DNA of 64,000 bases. Origin: Selaginella moellendorffii (lineage: Eukaryota; Plantae; Lycopodiophyta). The stretch spans positions 1,285,014 through 1,349,013 of the forward strand of contig NW_003314300.1 of NCBI RefSeq assembly GCF_000143415.4, written 5' to 3'. The translations under genes and the position numbers were made by a program. A model generated the notes under the pieces. It saw only the letters and a program-made list of their open reading frames with translations. It did no database searches and was not told the DNA's origin. Shown here one piece after another: positions 59,901-64,000 of the stretch (position 1 is the first letter of the stretch; the number at the start of each line of letters is the position of its first letter).

Positions 59901-61941
59901 AAGGCACAAGGGTCACCCTTCTTAGAAAAGTGCAACGGCCACTTTTCTACACCAACTCTAGACTCTATCCAACTCAATTGCCTTAGCCCCAAAAGTCAGT
60001 ATTCCTTTCGGGCTGCATCATACAAACTACTTACCGAGGTCTAAGTTAACCGAAGTCAACTCCAACCCTTTCACTAGTTTGTACTGGCTTACGAAAACGG
60101 AAAGGTTTTCGGACAAAGTGATAACAGATCAGCCATTGGAAAAGTCTAAGAAAATTTGTGGAAAATTTTCCATCCTAGAGAAAGAATGACTTCAGTCCAA
60201 GAATGCAAACTTTCAAGACTCAACCAACTTCCTCCTACTTGACAACTTCACATAGGCTCACCTTAACACAAATTCTCTTGACCTATAGTATGCTTAAGCT
60301 TCGAACATCTTTTTTTTTTTTACCCATACTTCCGACATCCAACATCGATATCCGCAAAAATGCAAAATGAACATCCAAGGCTTGATCACGAAGACCACTT
60401 CTTTGGATATCCACATTGCACTAACACTCTTTTTCAATCACCTTCAAGATACAATGTGAAGCCAAAACACTAACAAGAAAAATGACATAGAAGATCAAGC
60501 TTTAAGGAAAATTCCTCATCACTCGAATCAACAATGCCACTTCCACTAACACAAGTGCTAGCAATGTCAATGCCTCAACTGCACACCTTCTCCATCCAAT
60601 AATCTACACCAAGTGCTAATGGAACAACTGACAAGCTATAGCAAATGAATGCTACAACCATTTTCCAACACCTTATGGGCAAACCCTCAAGGAACAAGGA
60701 ACCAACTTAAGTTTTTAGCATAATGAATCACTATTGAGAATCTAGTCAAAGCTACTACAATGCTACTTCATGCAAGTAGACTAGCTTCACTATCAACCAC
60801 TTTGGGGTTGATCATCGTTTAACCAAGCAACTTCGTAAACACATTGCTCATTATCACATGGATATGATATAAGTATCACAATGACTTAATCATCAATTGA
60901 GCAACACCACGAGCAATGCCAATGTCATTACTTCAAAGGTTTATGTGACTATCAAGTGCCAACTCGATTCGACAAAATGCAACATAAATGCCACACTCCA
61001 CCGATAGAGATTTACAACACTGAACACCACCAACTTTTGTTCACAACACGGACAAGCTCATGCCACTCGCTTTTCGACCAAACTCAAAACTTAACCCAAC
61101 ACCAAGCTACTCAAGGAGCAATAGCAAGGTTCCCCGGAAAAGAATTGAGCATTGCAACCCAAGTTTTCCAATAGCAAGCCTAGACAAAATGGTATAGCAC
61201 TTCACTGCTATCCATCTTATAACTCACCATTTGTAAGACCATCATTTCCAAGATGCATCAAGGTAATGACTCTTGATTGCATGATGTGAACACGAGCAAT
61301 GAGTTAACACCTCATTGCGAATTATTTCCTCAAGAAAAGAAAATGATTTACGTGTTTGATCCTTCGTCCCCAACGACTCTCTTTTCGGTCTCATCTTTGA
61401 CTAAACCTCAAGCTTGCTTTCGCACTGCTTTCAGTCCAATCCAAGAAAACTTTATGAGAGAGCACGACAATGACTACTTGAATCAATAGACTAATTTCTA
61501 CAGTCTTGGTTGATTCACTTGTAATCATGCCTAGGAAAGATCTACTAGTACCGTGCTAAATAGCTACGGACTAGCCTATTTGCCACTCATAGCAAACTCA
61601 GGGAAGGTTTACTTTCACCCACGGTACATGGAACAACTCATGGAACCACCGATAGGCTAACATTAATCCTGCCAACTCAAAGTGTAACCTCGAGTTGCTA
61701 ATGTGCCTCACACACGAGCCCAAGCGTAAACTCGTGCTAACAAAGCATCTCAAATCCATCTTATGAGCCCAAGAGCAAGCTCACATCATAAGGTACAACA
61801 AGGTAACCAAATCCATACCTAAGGAACAATTGCGAACCCTTTGCACCAAACGTGTACCCACTCGGATCATCGTTTTTATCTCTGCGTATGCAACGAGACT
61901 AGTTGCCCAATCTCATTGTATAGTACTCGCTGAGACTCATC

Positions 61942-61952
61942 CTCTGATACCA
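61942..61952 (-). other. Primer-binding site for tRNA-iMet
   Basis: Minus strand TGGTATCAGAG, 2 nt after the 5' LTR end. Confidence 0.9.
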
Positions 61953-61954
61953 AA

Positions 61955-63100
61955 TGTAGCGCACGTGGTTTTGACCCTTTATCCTATGATGATTTACCAT
62001 AGGATAACACCACGAAGCGGAACCTAAACCCTCTTTGTGCCACATGACAGATGCCACGTGTCACATGCCACGTGTCCATGCCATGTGTCCATAGGAACCT
62101 GAGGTTCAGGGCCTTGGGCCACTGAACGAAGGAACGGTGCCAAACTCCCAAGCATGGAGCTAAGGAGTGATGGAACCGAACCACGGAGCAACTCCTGAGC
62201 ATAAAGCCCAAGGAGCGAAGGGACAGGGGCCCGGAGCGACTTGGAACAGTCCTAGAGTAACCAGCATCCCAATGCCAGGACCAGCACGCAAAACGGAGCC
62301 AAACGGAGTCTGGCGCTATTTCGGCATACCGGTGGCCTAACGCAAGGATATGGGTACTCCACCAACTAGCATGGAATGGAACTTGGGCTTAGACCCAAGC
62401 CGGACGCAGAACAAGGACAGGCATGCAAGCGGGAGCTAGACTATGCCTCAGGTTGGTCGGCCATGCCCGACCTACCCACTATCCCTACTATACATTTGGA
62501 ACCCCCCACAGCCCGCCCCCCCCTTGAGGAACACACACTTTGGGCTTTCACCCCAAGCCTCCCTTAGTATTAGGAGTTAGTCTCTGGGACAAGCTCGAAA
62601 CTTACTAAATATGGAATGTCCCTAGATTGCGAATTTGGACATGGGACGAACACCATTGTATTCAGGACGATCTCTACATTCCGTAGATATGCCAAATGAG
62701 CAAATCTGGACACTTTCCATAATTAGCATTTGGGACTGAAATGAGACTAACACAAAGGGCATGATAGCGAGGGTGTTTGGCAGACACGGTAAGCTATCAT
62801 CCGGCGATATTGAGGGACCAATCTCAATACGCGAAGGTTCTTGCCAAGCCAGTGCAAGACAAAGCAAAAGAGAACTAAGAGCCAGGCCAAGTATGCTCAG
62901 CTAGAAACACATAGGAGTTCCTACCTTATGTCCATCTGGCTAAGTACAGGTGCTAAGCCCAGTAAACTAACACTTGAACAAGAGGGACTGATAAAGGGAA
63001 CCAGCAATACCGACCTCCTGCCATCGTGGTAGTAAGGTAAGAGTGTCCGTAAGGACTAGCCGACAGGTAACTTTCGATACCCGAAGTCACATTCGCGACA
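61955..63100 (-). repeat. 5' LTR (1146 bp)
   Basis: Direct repeat of 55830-56956 with scattered SNPs and a few indels. Confidence 0.95.
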
Positions 63101-63539
63101 CTGATATAACAAACAAATTTGTACTAGTGCTTGCCTCATGAAGGCATGGCTCATCCATACCTACCTAGAACGCCTTTGTCACGCTAACACCTGAGCCAGG
63201 TGGGAACATACTGTCGGGACAAAATCCTAGATGTCCCGACGGAATGGCCTCTATGCCACATAACCAATAATAGAAATTCTCCAAAAATGTATAAATCATA
63301 TAAACTATATAGGTCTAATAGTAAAATCCTAAGGACAAAACACAAAACAAAACAATAAGACACTAAACTAACTCAATTAGATAATGAAGGGGTGCAATCC
63401 AATTAATTGACGCATGATTGCACTAGATCAAGACCCCTCATGTCACCATAACTGTTGATACCCTGGCTTGTACTCCATTAAAATGTGCTAAATTGCATGT
63501 TTCCCACACAACTTGGACCCCCATTGCTAACCAGACTGC

Positions 63540-64000
63540 CCATCTAGTGTGGCCCAGAGCCTCCCACACAAGGACCCTTATCTTTGCCCCTATCTCATCC
63601 TAGTGCACTCGAATCCCTCAGCTGGGATGTCCCCTCACCCCCTATCTATTTCTCATCGTCACAGATGCACTTGGGGCCTTTCTAGCTGTTGGAGGAGGGG
63701 TAAAAGGCCTAGTGCTCCCTGTAGAATGGCAATAACTTCTGGGGACAGAGAGGGTTAACCAGCTGGGTAGGGCATTTGCAGATGACACGACACTGTTTTT
63801 GCTCACCACATTAGAGAATCTAGATGTAGCTAGGGCCAAGTTGGAGGTCTTCAACCTTGCTGTAGGAGCAGCAATAAACTGGAACAAATCGATTGGGATC
63901 AACTGAGGGAAGCTGGGGATTGAAGGATGGGGACAAGCACTCAGCTTCCAATGGCTTCATCCGGGAGATGATGCAAGATACCTGTGCATCTAGGTAGGCA
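63540..64000 (+). mobile_element. LINE (non-LTR) reverse transcriptase fragment, decayed
   Basis: Degenerate QG.PL..YL, AFADDTTLFL, GAAINWNKS, RYL.I motifs with stops. Confidence 0.75.

Larger units (their letters stand above)
55830..63100 (-). mobile_element. Complete non-autonomous LTR retrotransposon (LARD-like), 7.27 kb
   Basis: TG...CA LTRs at 55830-56956 and 61955-63100; 5-bp TSD CTGAT (55825-55829 and 63101-63105); PBS and PPT on the minus strand; no long ORF in the 5-kb interior. Confidence 0.95.

Noticed and set aside
1-64000. CRISPR array, rRNA or prokaryotic operon/defence system
   Set aside because: No regularly spaced repeat-spacer array or rRNA seen; the DNA is intron-containing plant nuclear sequence.

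Overview
Eukaryotic plant DNA. The organism is most likely the lycophyte Selaginella (inferred from 45-60 nt introns, dense GC-rich genes, an intronless PLS-class PPR gene and plant tRNAs). Bases 1-23 kb are a transposon graveyard: Ty3/gypsy relics, decayed copies of one non-autonomous LTR family and a 100-N gap. It also holds three pseudogenes (F-box/kelch, KUP/HAK K+ transporter, jacalin) and one intact Expp1-like gene. Bases 23.5-32.1 kb carry an NDT-type NAD+ carrier, a PPR gene and a CH-domain kinesin-14 with a 55-nt AT-AC (U12) intron. Bases 32.5-39 kb are a very AT-rich island with a dead Mutator-like transposase and an apparently intact two-exon secreted PLAT/LH2 gene of ~25% GC that the ORF track misses. 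Bases 39.8-55.2 kb are gene-dense: JINGUBANG-like WD40, tRNA-Leu(AAG), PP2C, tRNA-Trp(CCA), WAK-like kinase, a 990-aa intronless 2OG-Fe(II) dioxygenase of fungal/bacterial type (HGT candidate), an At1g18060-like plastid protein and an almost intronless PRD2/MPS1. Bases 55.8-63.1 kb are a complete young non-coding LTR element (LARD-like; TSD CTGAT, PBS, PPT), followed by a LINE RT fragment. All family calls come from motif recognition by eye; no database search was run.
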